A stretch of 63,678 nt of DNA, the filler included, from Lenisia limosa (lineage: Eukaryota > Protista > Breviatea), in NCBI GenBank assembly GCA_001655205.1. It is 10 parts of 10 records of this genome, joined end to end, with 100 filler letters (N's around TTAATTAATTAA, not from the genome) between each part and the next. Parts side by side here need not be neighbours in the genome. Positions count along the whole stretch, not along the records: positions 1 to 24,966 come from LPNZ01011046.1; 9 more parts are not named here. One strand, 5' to 3'. This document shows positions 1 through 13,485 of the stretch, piece by piece (within the stretch, counting starts at the first letter, position 1; every line of letters starts with the position of its first letter). The position numbers were made by a program, and so were the translations under genes. The notes under the pieces are model-generated. The model was given only the letters and a program-made list of their open reading frames with translations, was not told the origin of the DNA and made no database searches.

Positions 1-1975
1 TCACCCACCAACCCTGTCAATGGAAGACTCTTTTTTGGCCACAATCCAGATCAACTTGGCCGACTCTCTCGATTCCACCACAGAAAAGCCTGAGGTGGTG
101 ATATTTTTGATATATATATAGCAATGAGAAATAGTATGACCGAAGCCGTCCACACTCACACTTATAAGAGATATTACTATACAAAAATAGTAACTGGACA
201 TCACCCCCCCCCCCACTACCTNNNNNNNNNNNNNNNNNNNNNNNNNNNNNNNNNNNNNNNNNNNNNNNNNNNNNNNNNNNNNNNNNNNNNNNNNNNNNNN
301 NNNNNNNNNNNNNNNNNNNAGTATCAGAAACATCAGGCCTCCTTCCTCGAGACATTCAAATGACCTAAAAAGAGTAAAACGAGACTGTATGATAAAAAAA
401 TCCAACCCCCTCTCTCGCTCTCTCACTTATCTTAATGTACCCCTCCCCTCCTCTAAATAGATATCATGAATAAAAACGCCCAACCAACTTTTTGATCATC
501 AACCCTCGGCTGAGCTTTGAAGTGAGAAAGTTGACCACCAGAGATAAAACCACAACATCAAAGAGCTTTGGAATGTCCCAAGTGATAAAGTCCGCCTGTA
601 GGGTCAGATATTGCTCTTTGTAGCAAAAGCGAACTGAAAGAGTATTATGTTTGATAAGACCGTATGATTCACTGCCTAACGCCCTATCTGATCCGATCTC
701 TATTTAAAATAAATATGATGATTTTCACTGGCTCTTAAGAGGCGGAAAAACAAAAAGAGAGTAGCAGTTAAAGATACTATTATCCAATTGTTATCCCATT
801 TGGCTTCAAAAATGGTGTAAACCCAGCTCACCTGCTGCACTGACGAGTGTCTTGGGTTGAGGTCAATTGCTGAAAGGTTACAAAACAAGATTTCATATAC
901 ATATTGAAGACATCACGCAGGTAGTAGTAAACAAAATATAACAATTAAAAACTTAAGACAAATCTTGAAAACGGCAGTTAATGCAAGCGATATTTAAGAT
1001 AGCAGTCCCCTCACGATGAACGTCAAGCCATTTTGTGGATTTAGATGTGTAGTGGTTCGTCAGTGCCCCAACATCAAGTAAGCGAAGAGGCTAAACAATT
1101 ATCGAATTAAGATCAAACCAGATAATTATTGTTTTCCAAATTGCTGAAATAAATACCAATAAATTTCCACTATTATTCAAAGAAATCTTGGGAGAATACA
1201 GTTTTTCAGATCAAACATTCAATGACCAATTCATCACTCCCATCTCACTTTTTCTCTCCTCGGAACCAACTCCTTTAGTTTCTTGCAAACCCATGGGGCA
1301 GTGGAATTGCCTTGTGCTCTAAATGGATAAAAAATATACTGTCACAAAGAAAGCTCGCGAAACATGTGGCCTTGGATTCCAATCCAGCCTCAATACCTTC
1401 GAGTATGCCCTTCAATTGACGCTGATTGGTATCGTTGAAGGCCTCCAAGCTGTGTAAGTGAAACGGAAATATGTGAAAATGAGAAGAAAAAAAGATCAGG
1501 TAGAAGCCTACTACAGAATACTGTGTGTGTAAATATTGAAAATTACACATAATAAGAAACTTGAAATTTAAAAAGAGACTTCACTTGTTCTTAATAAAAA
1601 AAATTGTATCAATGATCCGTATGATATATGTATATTACACATATTGTTACTAAATTGTGGGCTGGTGCGTGGAAAAATGAGAAATTAGCTGTTGCCACAA
1701 ACAGAAGCCAACCTTGTCAATTTCCTCCTTTGCCGCTTCTGCTGCCTTCCCGCCGGTTTTGACCTTCTTCAATAGTGCATGGTAGTCCCCCACAATTTTA
1801 CCTAGAATATTACATGCCAACTGAGCTTATTCAAAGCTGACCAAAAAAAAAAAGGAGATAATCAAGAATAACTGACATGACTTTCACCACTATTTAAAGG
1901 TTTACTCCTACGGCTTTCTTGCGTGCCACCAGCTCGCTGTGTGATAGGGAGCTTCTTCTTTGCTCGCTTAGCCAT
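1..1975 (-). CDS. BMT2: 25S rRNA adenine-N1 methyltransferase Bmt2-like (multi-exon, C-terminus runs off the window edge)
   Basis: Spliced exons read MAKRAKKKLP...IVGDYHALLKK...EIDK|LGGLQRYQSAS...GNSTAPWV...RLLDVGALTN...AIDLNPRHSSVQQ|ADFI...FDVVVLSLVVNF...RGLMIKK...GGLMFLI, matching the Bmt2 motif order; ATG at 1975. Confidence 0.8.
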
Positions 1976-2759
1976 TCCGTAAGGGTGATGAAGGGAAGGT
2001 CAGTTGTGTTTTATTACTTTTATTTTTGAACTATAGTGTTCAAAACAATTGAAACAAAAGTGGCAGGAAGAGAAGAGACAGGAAGAGGTTTTTTGTGTTT
2101 TTCATAATAATAATGTAACTACTGTAACCCCCCCCCCCCNNNNNNNNNNNNNNNNNNNNNNNNNNNNNNNNNNNNNNNNNNNNNNNNNNNNNNNNNNNNN
2201 NNNNNNNNNNNNNNNNNNNNNNNNNNNNCAAATGGTTTTAGGGTTTTGGTTATTTGCAAGCAATTTTCAAGCCATTTGGTGCAGATTTGGTAAAGATTTG
2301 GTGGTTGGTTGGGTTGAATGGTTGGAAAATGGAAGAGAGAAAAAAAGAAAAAGAGGCGGCTGTCAAACTGTCGCCCAATAATGAACAACTCCACTCTTGT
2401 TCTGGTTAATCATCATCCTCATAATCCTAAAGTCCTAAAGTATTCTTGATATATCACTGTTCCTAATAAAACTGTTCCTAACATAACTGGGGAAAAAATG
2501 AAAAAGGTGGTACCTACTGCTCCCTCCAGAATTGAAAAGACTACTCTATTGAACCAGAAATATAAGGTACAAAGAAAGGTGAAATCAAAGACATGGAACA
2601 GCATAGAAACTTAGAATTGAAACGTCATGGATTTCTAAGAAGTAAGATAAACTCTAATCAGAGACTAGATGAGCGTATTAGAATAGGTTGTTTGCTTCAC
2701 ATCAAAGAAGCGCACCGTTAGGAACCATACTTATAGAAAATAAATAGCTACAGCTTCCC

Positions 2760-5700
2760 TAAATGGCATTTCCAAACATACATGATGAAGCTGTTTTCTT
2801 TCCGTGCTTCTTCTTACGCCTTTTCCCTCCACTTGATAACTGGGGGTGGCTTGGGGCAGCTAGATGATGAGATGCAAGAGTACAACGCTGCTGCTGTATA
2901 ATTGGAAAATGGAACCCTAATTTTTATTCTTCTCTTCTTCACCACTTCTCAAATTACGAAAAAAATTGGTACTAGTGCATGGTATGTGACTCAATCACGA
3001 ACGCTTTCGAAATCCATAAGTCGTCAACCTTATGGAAAAATGAGGCAAATTAACGAAAAGATAATCTCTTCCATTTACAAATCAATATTGGTGAATTCTA
3101 CGTTGCCCCATGCTTTGCGAATTCGACATTCACCAGAAATTGTAAAAGGCCTCACCTCGATGTCCGCTTGTTCCCTGTCCGACGTGGGTGACGTTGGCTT
3201 TGGACTGAGCCGGTACGGGCTCTTCCTGGTAGTGTTCAGGGAGGGGGGATCCGTTTTCAAGCTCCTGAGAGGTGAATGGAATATGATAATGATAAGAAAC
3301 AATGCATCTGTTGCTCTACAGGTTTCAAAAAACAACCTCCTACGTAAAGCTGCAGAGCAAGAGCAAGGGAGGCCTCTTCATCTTCTCTCTTCTTCTTATC
3401 CAGATCTTCCTGCTCAAGTTTACGCGCCATGGCCAAATCTGCCTCTTCTTGCGACACCTCCTTCGCCTCCTTTTGGGCTACTAAGGAGTCAGATAAGGCT
3501 TTGCATTAAGCATTATTATGAGTCACGCAGAAAGCTCAGGTAAATGATCGGGTGAATAAATATAGTAATAGTCTTATCCAATACTTATATTAAGCATGAT
3601 GATGTGCCAGATACTCCCTTGTGTAATATTTCTCTTTTCTACATTTGATGACCAACTTGAGTGTTTTGATAAATACGAGGGGGAATACGCAACAATAGAA
3701 GTTCAACAGATCCTAGTTTCAATAGAGACTTTACGGCAAAACAAAAACAATAGTTCAATAGCCAATGCTGATAAGCGGTCCTATGGTGTTCCGAGATGGA
3801 GTCCAGGTTATTGGATTTGGGCCAATAAATACCTGGTTGGGCGGGCTTGTCAACGGGTTTCTTCTGCATGGGCTTGGGTCTAGGTTTCGGTGCCTCTGTT
3901 GGGAACTGCGGGGGTGAGAGGGGAGAAGGGCATCGAACAAACAACTGTACTCTCCATCTGTGTGACAACAAGTTAGACCATGCAGTTCAGCGAAATGATT
4001 TTACTTCAATTATGCAAAAAAAAAAAAGGCGAAAACATCGATACAATATTCAATAAATATGGAATCTCCATGAAGGCAAGGGTACTTAGAATCAGAATGG
4101 AAAGAAAATCACTTGGGGAAACAAAAAAAAGCACCTGATTCTATTCATTTCTCAATCCCTCCACCAACCTTTTTCTTCCAATCATTCTTTCCGTCCCATG
4201 GAGACTTCTTCTGTGCGGAAAACTTCTTCGGTTGCGCGTTGAGTGGTGCCGCACTGGGAGTAGGGAGCAGATATGACCGCTCCTCTTCACTCTTGTTATC
4301 AACCTCCTTCATCTCCGCTTTTTCACCTTCAATCTTCTTCTCCTCATCCTTCGCTTCGACCTTCTCTTCTTCTTTCTCAATCAGTGCTTCTGGGGCCTCG
4401 ACTTCCTTCTCAACTTGCTCAACCGGCTGTGCAGACTCCACGGGCTTGGGTTCGACAGGCTTGATTGGTGTGGCGCTAGGCGTAACTTGTGGCGTCTCTT
4501 CGTCATCACCGAAGCTCAGGTCCAGGGAGGTAGGGAGGGTAGACAGATCAAAGAGATCATTGTTGGGGTTCTGGAAAGTGAATGGTATTTATACATTATT
4601 AAGTGTGTTGGCGTCATCAAAGATTGAGAACACACAAGGAAGAGAATAGCCGTAAGATAGAATGGGAAAGTACAAAGGTAAATATATGCTCTAATGGTTT
4701 ATGTTAGATGAAACAAAAGAATAAAGTTGGTATGGGGAGGAAAAAGAAAAGAAGAAAAACCCACAACAAATCATTGTTAAAAACAATCATGCCTTATTAA
4801 GTAGACTTGTTACTTGTACTATTTCTGTGAATACCTGGGAATTGACTTGCATGGGGTTGGGGTACTGCATGAAAGGATCCATTTGAGGTACGGGCTGTTG
4901 TTGATGCTGCTGTTGCATGTAGTTGAACATCATCATTTGCTGGTAGTTGTACTGGACAGTCAGAAACAGACTACTATGGTAATGACTATGGCTTCCCTAC
5001 GGTACCAATAAAGACGAAATTTCTTGAAATCTCTTAAAATATCTATTTCACCGTCCCCTTAGAGAAGCTCTAGTTATGACATGTGTAAACCGTTCTACTG
5101 TATACACTTTCATTTTTGGAAGACAAGAAAGCATTACAATAAACACAAGAGAAAAACCCCAACGACACTCATATACAAAAAGGCAACATATCATATAATA
5201 TATGTAGAAACATGAGTAAAGAAACGTGTTTATTTATGAGCTTATGTCATAGTACATGTATCATACTTGACTCTTCACCTTACACTTTGTAATTACAGAA
5301 GCTCTACGCATATTACCAAGGTATCATATCTATCACGAAACCTGTCAAACCATTCAGCTTTATTGAACCAGTATAGCTCCTAATATTCTACAAATCACTT
5401 GACAATACCCACTATCCCACCCTGGGTTGGATAGGCTGGGGCTGCTGCTGCACTGAGCCTGCGAGAAGCATGGGGATTTTATCTGAAAGTGGCCCTTCTG
5501 AAACAGCAACCATCATAACCTGATGTTAGTTAATTTACTATTGGTTCTTCTCAGTATCGAAATGTCCTATGTTCCCCTTCTTACCCCCCTCCATCATAGT
5601 TTAATTCGTTATTCCCCCATTGCTGCTACCCTCTATCACTTCCCTGAAAAGGGATATCAAAAAAAAAAGGGATCCATCGTAAAAAAGGTAGATTTTGGAA

Positions 5701-6231
5701 ATGAATAAATGACTAGTGTTTGCTTTATCCAGTATCTCTTGTATCATTCTGGCGCAAACCTTTTCCTATACAGTCCTGCTGAACAACACACATTCTATGA
5801 TATCATGAAGACTACAGACACCAACCCAAACCCACATCGTCTGTAATGGCATTGATGCGTTGGGCAATCGTGGGATCATAGTTCCTCAAGTTGACAACCA
5901 TCATCTCCATTGCCTCGAAAGCAATACGGTCGTTGTAGAGCTTAGGGTCGCGGTCGCACACGCTCTTCACGCACATCTCCCAGGTTGCCTTAAACTCTTG
6001 CTGCTGCTTCGATACCATATTCTGGGCTCTAAAGCTTTGTTGTTGGTGGGCGAGGAGGGAACGGTAGTGGTGGAGCACTTCAATGGCAATGGGCTTGAAT
6101 CCCATTGACTGCAATTGGGTAGCGGAAGCATCTAAAATGGAGTGGACGTCTACATTGCTGTATTTGGTTTCATAGAACTCAACAGGGACGCCTTCCTGCT
6201 GGAAGAGCCCTCCAATAGTCACTGTAGCCAT
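2760..6231 (-). CDS. Hypothetical multi-exon protein with Q/P-rich and acidic linkers and two UIM/MIU-like motifs
   Basis: 140-codon first exon 5812-6231, exons YNYQQMMMFNYMQQQ and EKEVEAPEAL..., and EEADLAMARKLEQED / DEEASLALALQL at 3257-3457; joining into one gene is inferred. Confidence 0.5.
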
Positions 6232-6476
6232 TTGAGCAGGGCAGAATCTTGTGATCAGCTATTTATGGCAACTTGTGTGATTTTGGTGATGATTCTAGAT
6301 ATTTTTTGAAGATGTGTAGGGAAGAAGACCAAAAAGGAGGAGTTTTTGCGATTGCGCAGACAAGTTGAATTCTAATACCGTAACTCAGTCAATTTGCCCT
6401 TTGAAAAAACAAAATAAAAAATTGCCGCAAACACACTGACTGGTGTAACCTTACGAATACGTTGTTTTTCAAAAAA

Positions 6477-7891
6477 ATGAAGATTTTCCTTTTGCTTCTG
6501 GCTCTTCTTGTGTGCGTCTTTGCCGTAAGTGGACCACTGTGGGACTGCGTTTGCAGTATTGGAACGTTTTGATCGAATTACCAATTCTTCTAAATGAGAT
6601 TTCCTTCACATATGACCCATCTTTACAGGAGTCCCGAGGCTTCAATGATAAGATTGAGTGGCGCCAAGACTTCGAACAAGCACAAGCCGATGCCCTCAAG
6701 GAGGGAAAACCCATCATGCTCCTTGTCCACAAGTCGTATGCGTGCTTGTCGTATTATATATAATATGATTGTCAATACAGACAAGTTGGTCATCTAATGT
6801 TTAATCAAATATTTCTATAAAATATATTTGACATTCAATTGCAGCCGATGTCCATCTAAGGGTTGTGATGAAACAGCAAAGTTGCAATTTTTCAAGTTTC
6901 TGTTTTCGATAAATAACTGACGATACCATGTTGACATTGTTTCAGCTGGTGTGGAGCTTGCAAGCGTCTGAAGACCATCTTCCAAAGCAAAGAAATTGAA
7001 ACCCGCAGCCACAAGTTCATTTCCGTACACGGGCACAGTTATTTTTACAAATTACCGAACTCTTATGAAACTATTTAAACTGACACGGGACTGTATAGTA
7101 TGTACTATATGTATTACCTGTATTCTGTCGATCTTTCCAGAACTTGTGGAACCCCAACTTTACCGCTGGGTTGTTGTCATCTTTTCTTCTAAAGATGACG
7201 TTCTAGGTGAACCTCGAAGACGATGAGCATTCCGTTCTTGGTCCTGGTAGGAGTGGGGTGGAGGCGCGGCCCGGGGTGATTTGTTTTAATGGGAGGGAGG
7301 AGGGGGAATGAGATGAATGATGTTGGTGATAGATAAGTTATTGATGAGTGCAAATCAACAAAAAAAAAAAAAAANNNNNNNNNNNNNNNNNNNNNNNNNN
7401 NNNNNNNNNNNNNNNNNNNNNNNNNNNNNNNNNNNNNNNNNNNNNNNNNNNNNNNNNNNNNNNNNATAATTATTACATTAATCACAACACGATTGTTGCT
7501 GATTTTGTAGAGTACAGCCCTGATGGCGGATATATTCCCCGACTGTTCTTCATTGCTGCTAACGGCAGCATCATGACCGATATTGTCGGACCTAATGCCC
7601 AGTACAAGTATGGGGAGTGGTGACATGGGCTTCTCTATTGGCTATAAAATGTTGAATTCTTCTTTGGTAAACCATGTCGATTTCGAACTGAATGGACAGA
7701 AGCTCTGTGTCTGATTTTGTTTTCTCTATCATACATATGCACTTCAACTTTCTTTTTTTCCTTTATCTCACCTTACCCCTAGGCACTTCTTTGCCAGCGA
7801 GTTCGACATTGTGAAAAGCATGGACATAGCTCTTGAACGTGCTGTCACCGATGTTCTTATGGAGGAAGCGCCGGAGACTCTTGAGGAGTAG
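6477..7891 (+). CDS. TXNDC12: ER thioredoxin-like protein TXNDC12/ERp18 (AGR family)
   Basis: Signal peptide MKIFLLLLALLVCVFA, GFNDKIEW, LLVHKS|WCGACKRLK, VNLEDDE, YSPDGGYIPRLFF, QYK|HFF; stop TAG 7889-7891. Confidence 0.88.
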
Positions 7892-8101
7892 AATGGGATT
7901 GATTTTATTTAGCTTTTGATGGATACATAGAACGGTCAGTCGGAGTATCTATTTCTTGGCATTTCCGCACCAGAATTGTGAGCAAGTGATAATGCTTGGA
8001 AAAATGAGCCTATCCCCCCCTCCACTTATTTTTAAAATTAGTCCATAACAACAGCGTGCCATATTAATGAAACAGAAAGTAAATATTAAATAATGTACAG
8101 T

Positions 8102-9564
8102 TTAGAGCTTCCAGGCCTGGCGCATCATAAGGGAGAAGTAAGCATCTAAGAGGTCAAAACGAAAAAATGATGATGCGCGACAAAAATTGCAAACAACACA
8201 TCAAAGCTGCATCTCTTCCATGCCCCAACATCTACAGTGCCCGGGATAAGTCTTGACCAATTTTCCTTGATAATCAAAGAGCAAATCGGCCAAGACTTAT
8301 CCTGGTCACTGTATAACAGTGCAAGTTTCCAAACCAACCGTTGTCGATGGAGGAAGACACGGCGGAGTAGTAGTTGAGGAACTCCTCCTTGGTGACCTGA
8401 TAGGGGTCAATGCTTTGATTCCATATTTGTCTGACTTTACTGCAAATTAGGAAACTGGGGTAGTAAACATTCACCTTGGAGGTACTGGACATTATTCGAT
8501 ATGGTGCCACTCTTAACAGATATTGTAATATAACTAATATTAAAAAAATATGTATATATAAACGCCGGGGGGGGGGGGGNNNNNNNNNNNNNNNNNNNNN
8601 NNNNNNNNNNNNNNNNNNNNNNNNNNNNNNNNNNNNNNNNNNNNNNNNNNNNNNNNNNNNNNNNNNAGACTTCAGGAACTCTCCAAACACTTGTTCCTCT
8701 AAAAGGAATAAACACCAATCAACTCCTAAAGGAAGAACAACGCAATTGAAATGTTTTACACAATACGATTCCGGCTTTTAAGCAACATGCAGAAATGATT
8801 AGAACAATAGAGTCAGGGTGGGTACACAATCCTCCATTCAGCATACTGGTGAGTTCACCGGAACGGTACTTGGGGTGGGCATCAGCACTGTAGATTTTGG
8901 CAACATCAGCAACAGTAAGGACTAAATTAGTGAACAACCATCAACCAATTTTCGAAAGCATTAATACATTAATTCACACACTAATAAAGAAGAGACCCAA
9001 CATACCACCATCGCCAGTTTTGTCGATCTTGTTGAAGGCCATGCTAACAAGCTCTTGGCGGTGGGCGTTCATGGGGGGGCGGAGGTTGATAAGGAACTCA
9101 TCGAAATCGATGCTACCATCACCGTTGCGGTCTGGTTCCATGAGAGAGCGAAACAAGGCTGAAAACAAACTGTATTTCAGGGAAAATATATTTCTGATTC
9201 GTCTCCCCTTACCAAAGACTTGGACAAGCTCAGCAAAGTCCTCTTCGCGGAGAAGAATGCCGTAATCCTGAAGACCAGTTCTGATAGGAAATTAGAGAAG
9301 CAGTTAAAGTTAATTTCCCTTTTCTCTCCTTAATACTACTATTTACAGTGAGCAATAAAACAAATCATCACTCATACCTGAACTCCTCGTGGGAGAGGGC
9401 GTGGTTGCCATTGTCGTCCATGATGCTAGAAAAATGAATTACTTGCATTATCACTCTTTAGTTACACATTCAGGCCGTTCCTACCGGAAAAGGCGGCCAA
9501 GACCAGCAATTCCGGAAGCACCACGCTTAAGGCACTGGGTACGGAGTTTCTCGACAGCGTTCAT
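8102..9564 (-). CDS. CAPSL: Calcyphosin-like EF-hand protein
   Basis: MNAVEKLRTQCLKRGASGIAGLGR, IMDDNGNHALS, DRNGDGSIDFDEFLINLRPPMN, AFNKIDKTGDG, HPKYRSGE, VTKEEFLNYYSAVSSSIDN, DAYFSLMMRQAWKL-TAA. Confidence 0.88.
8235..8311. mobile_element. MITE family B (TIR CAGTGACCGGGATAAGTCTTG, TA flanks; Tc1/mariner-like ends)
   Basis: TA-CAGTGCCCGGGATAAGTCTTG...CAAGACTTATCCTGGTCACTG-TA; other copies or halves near 16245, 20830, 23787, 27420, 35890, 46292, 59993, 62937. Confidence 0.8.
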
Positions 9565-9872
9565 TATAACTAGTTCAACAATCGTGTTTTGAAATTTTTC
9601 TATTTTTTTTTATAAATCCAGAACGGCCGCATACCATTCACTAAATTACATTTGCATTTTCGCCATTTTGAGTCCTCTCCACGTCTATTTTAAGAGTTAT
9701 GCACGAGTTAGGTCTGTCTGATTGATATTTATCGGATATATGACAACATAAACCTTTCCCCTTCGAGCCCTCTTTTTCTAACAGAAATGACCAATTCACC
9801 AGGGGGCAGATCAGTTCTTGGAACGCAAACGGTTTGTCCAATACTTATTCCAATCTCGGTTAACTCTCTTGT

Positions 9873-12800
9873 AGCAACGAAGAAAGCGATTGAAGAGTCA
9901 AAGGATCAACCCTGAGTGGTTTGAAGACACGCCTCCTTCTACCCCCCAGCCACAGTTTGTGGATTCCACCAATAAATAATGCGTGTAATTCACGGCATTG
10001 TTAAGCGAAATGAGTGGAAGAGATAATTAAGAAATAAGGAGTTTATGGGAGATGAGGTAGGGGGGGGGGGAGAGGNNNNNNNNNNNNNNNNNNNNNNNNN
10101 NNNNNNNNNNNNNNNNNNNNNNNNNNNNNNNNNNNNNNNNNNNNNNNNNNNNNNNNNNNNNNNTCAATGAAAAAGTTACAGGAACTCATTTCCCCCTTCT
10201 AGATCGGATCTAGATGAAGTCGAGTTTCAAATGGATGAAACCCGTTGGCCACAACAAAATGTGGGTTATATCGAGTCCATTTTCTTGGAATGGGTCCCAT
10301 TAGACCGTTATGACCGTTTAGATTATGTATTGTGGAACAGTGGCCAGCAACCTTGATTTGAAGACTAAAATGTTTATCAAAGTGGGTATCATCTTTTTCC
10401 TTATTATTAATTAAAATATGTTAAATGTGTAGCATGCATACTGTGTATCTCTTCTACCTTTGATGTGATACTATTATATTTTGGTGCTTCGTGAAAAACT
10501 GTTTCTTACCCCCCCCCCCTCACCTTACATGCAACATTTTTCATTCATCTTAGAGGCTGTCATCGTNNNNNNNNNNNNNNNNNNNNNNNNNNNNNNNNNN
10601 NNNNNNNNNNNNNNNNNNNNNNNNNNNNNNNNNNNNNNNNNNNNNNNNNNNNNNNGCAACCCTGCTATTGGGCAGTATGGTGTGTTGAAGGAGGAAGGAG
10701 GAACACACATCAGAGTCCTCACATTTAGGGCCAAATGACGGAATTACTTCTATCCATATTTCACCGGGTTTTTTTGAACCGAAGTGAAGCCCTACTCACA
10801 TATCATATTCTGCTTTATTGTACATGAGCCACTATTATGTATATGTATGGGGCATTGTTCTGCTGACACCCTCAGGCCTGTTTGCCTCGAAGGACCTTGA
10901 AGCTCATTACATCCTTGGCGAGTATGGAGGCGCATTGGTACACAACTCAGAAGCCAAGCCGTTCTACGCAGTCGAAGCGAATTCTGTGGGACTTCTTCCA
11001 AAGCTATCACTTTATCATATCCAACGACTAAATCTTCGTTTTTCATGATGGACATCTTTTTTTCTGACTTGTAGTTTTTTTCCTCTTTCTGATTCGTTTT
11101 TCCAACATCCTTTGTTTTTTGTTTAGCTGGTCCTTGTGATTCACTGATATAACCCCATTCCTTGTCTTGTTCTCATCTTTAGGATATGAACCTTTCGATT
11201 GATGCATCCCAATGTGGTAATGAATTTCGCTATATGAATGGTGAGGAAATGAGGCGCTATTGTGACTCTTCCATATTGTCAGAAAAAACTAGTATCTCAT
11301 ACCCTCGAACAATTCTCTACTATTCCCATTAGGGGGACTGTCTTATGAAACCTGGTCAGTTAACCTAACCTTTTACTTTGGCCAGCCTTTATTCCTCATA
11401 TTCCAAGATGGAGACAACAGAACCCCAGAAGCGATTAAAAGAAGTCCAAACGTGAAGTTTCAAATGCTCTTCTGTTCGGACCTCCCTCGAGTTTTTGGTG
11501 AGAGGAATTATGGAACATTGTATTGTGATTGAGACCATAAATAATCCTTCTCAAATAGTTCCAATCCATGCTATGGAATTCATGCTACCTAAGAGTTCAT
11601 ATGCATGTATATGTATACTGCATAATAGAAACTTGCATTACTCTGTACTTTTCTTAAAAATGATAAACTTCCAACCATCGCTAAGAACGCAACTTTCCTG
11701 ATATTTATTTTCTAGTTTTGACGCAACGCACAATTGCCAAAGATGAGGAGCTTCTTGGTATGTCGCTGGGGCTTTGCTTTGGTATCAAAAAGACCGCTCC
11801 AACTGTTTTATCACGCAACCCTGCTTTTCATTGGATTATTTCAGTATCTCTTATATTTGATCATCTGAAACAACAGAGAGGATTATAGATACGCTACTCC
11901 GGATGATGATAATTCCTGCTTACAATACAGTGGACTATGGAGATGACTATTGGAGCCGATACTCGGAGTTTATTGAAACGGAATCTGACGATGCGCCTCC
12001 TACAATACCGGTTGTGAAGAGTATGAATGACAACATCAAATATTTGGATATTGGATATAACAATCCCTTCAGTTGAAACACCTGATGAAATCAAACCTGT
12101 TTTACTGACACAACAGAAAGAAAACGAAAACTCCCGGTTCCCAATCCCAATGCGTCTTCGCCGCTTTCTTCCACACAGTTCTTTTCTAGCTCCTCAACAT
12201 CACCCCAGCGCTCAATGTCAAAATCGGTTCACTCGCCTGTTGTTTTAAGCAAGCCCCGGAAGGCAACATCACCATCTTCAGCATCCCCAAAAATCACCGC
12301 GGCTCGTCCTGTGGCAGAAATGGAGTCCCCCGCTGTCCCCCGGGTGTCAACGATGATATCACTGTCCCAGTGTAGCAGCATTTCAGTTTCACCACATCAG
12401 CTCGATGCTCCTGTCGCTCCAGAAGCTGTTCTCTGTCCCCCCTCTAGATCACCAGATCAGTTGAAACGCACCCCACCCATTACGAAATCGCTTGACGTGC
12501 CGCCAGCGCTCCTCAGCCCCGGTCTGCCGACTCCGAATATCATTTCCCCGTCACCGATACCCATTATTGAGGTGAGACTAGGCTTGCTAAGTTAGTGATA
12601 AGGTGTGGGTGTTTTTCATCTATTGATATTGTTAAAGCTGTGTGCACAGAGTTACGGCAAAAGATAATTGAATTAATATTAACATATATACTATAATCCA
12701 ATATCTCTTTTAAGCGTGAGGGTTGGACGGCTTCGGCCACATACAACCTAATTTTGTATCCACCATTGCTATATACGCATTGTATAGTTATTGTTTATTT

Positions 12801-13393
12801 TGAACCATTTTCGTACATACAACAAGAATGTCCTTTGTGTTGAACCTAGAAAAGCGTCAACAGAACCCCTTGAATTTAGTAACTCTATTTTCTTGCCCTC
12901 AGAGAAATACCCCTCTTTCTTTCCCAAAGGCCAAGCTCTAATTCCTTAGGAGTCTTCCCTCCCATTGGTCCCCACAATTCCCCTCATAAGTCCCTCGAAA
13001 GTCCCGAAGCCGAAAGAGCGCGACTCTATCCTGCGACGAATTATCCAGGGCAGCGCGTCCCCCCTGCCCCTTCTCAAGAGGTTTTCTGTTGGTTTATGTG
13101 GGATATGATGAAAATTAGTAATGTATCATAAGGGCTTCAATTCGGTTCGAAAAAGACTAGGATTTATCGAGAAATTCAGTCTTTTAGCGAACCAAAAGGA
13201 AGCCCTCTGTATCATGTATGAAACCCTATCGGATTATAGTTTCATTGAATCAGTCAGTGTTGCTGACCACCTAGTCGGATCCCTTCTCCAAACCCTCAAT
13301 CTGCCCCTCTCAAAACCCCACCATCTACCGGAGCCAAACCCCCCAGGGGAGTCTCAGCGTTCAGCCAGTTTGCGCTACGGTGAGGGCTTGTAA
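9873..13393 (+). CDS. SET-domain protein with Ser/Pro-rich C-terminal region
   Basis: Exons GLFASKDLEAHYILGEYGG, IDASQCGNEFRYMN, PNVKFQMLFCSDLPRVF, TQRTIAKDEELL|VDYGDDYW (SET signature); start and link to the S/P-rich exons 12215-13393 are uncertain. Confidence 0.72.
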
Positions 13394-13485
13394 TTGTCAA
13401 GCGGGATCTCCAAATCTCTCAAGAAAACCCTTGATTGTAAATGTGTGGTTAGGGGGAAGGGGGAGTAAAATTGGAAAAGGGGGCT

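Noticed and set aside
2393-2760. Lys-rich semi-open frame on the plus strand
   Set aside because: Contains several stops, no recognisable motif and no convincing splice sites
2902-4649. Long plus-strand ORFs (213 aa, 178 aa)
   Set aside because: Antisense shadows of the minus-strand exons with biased composition
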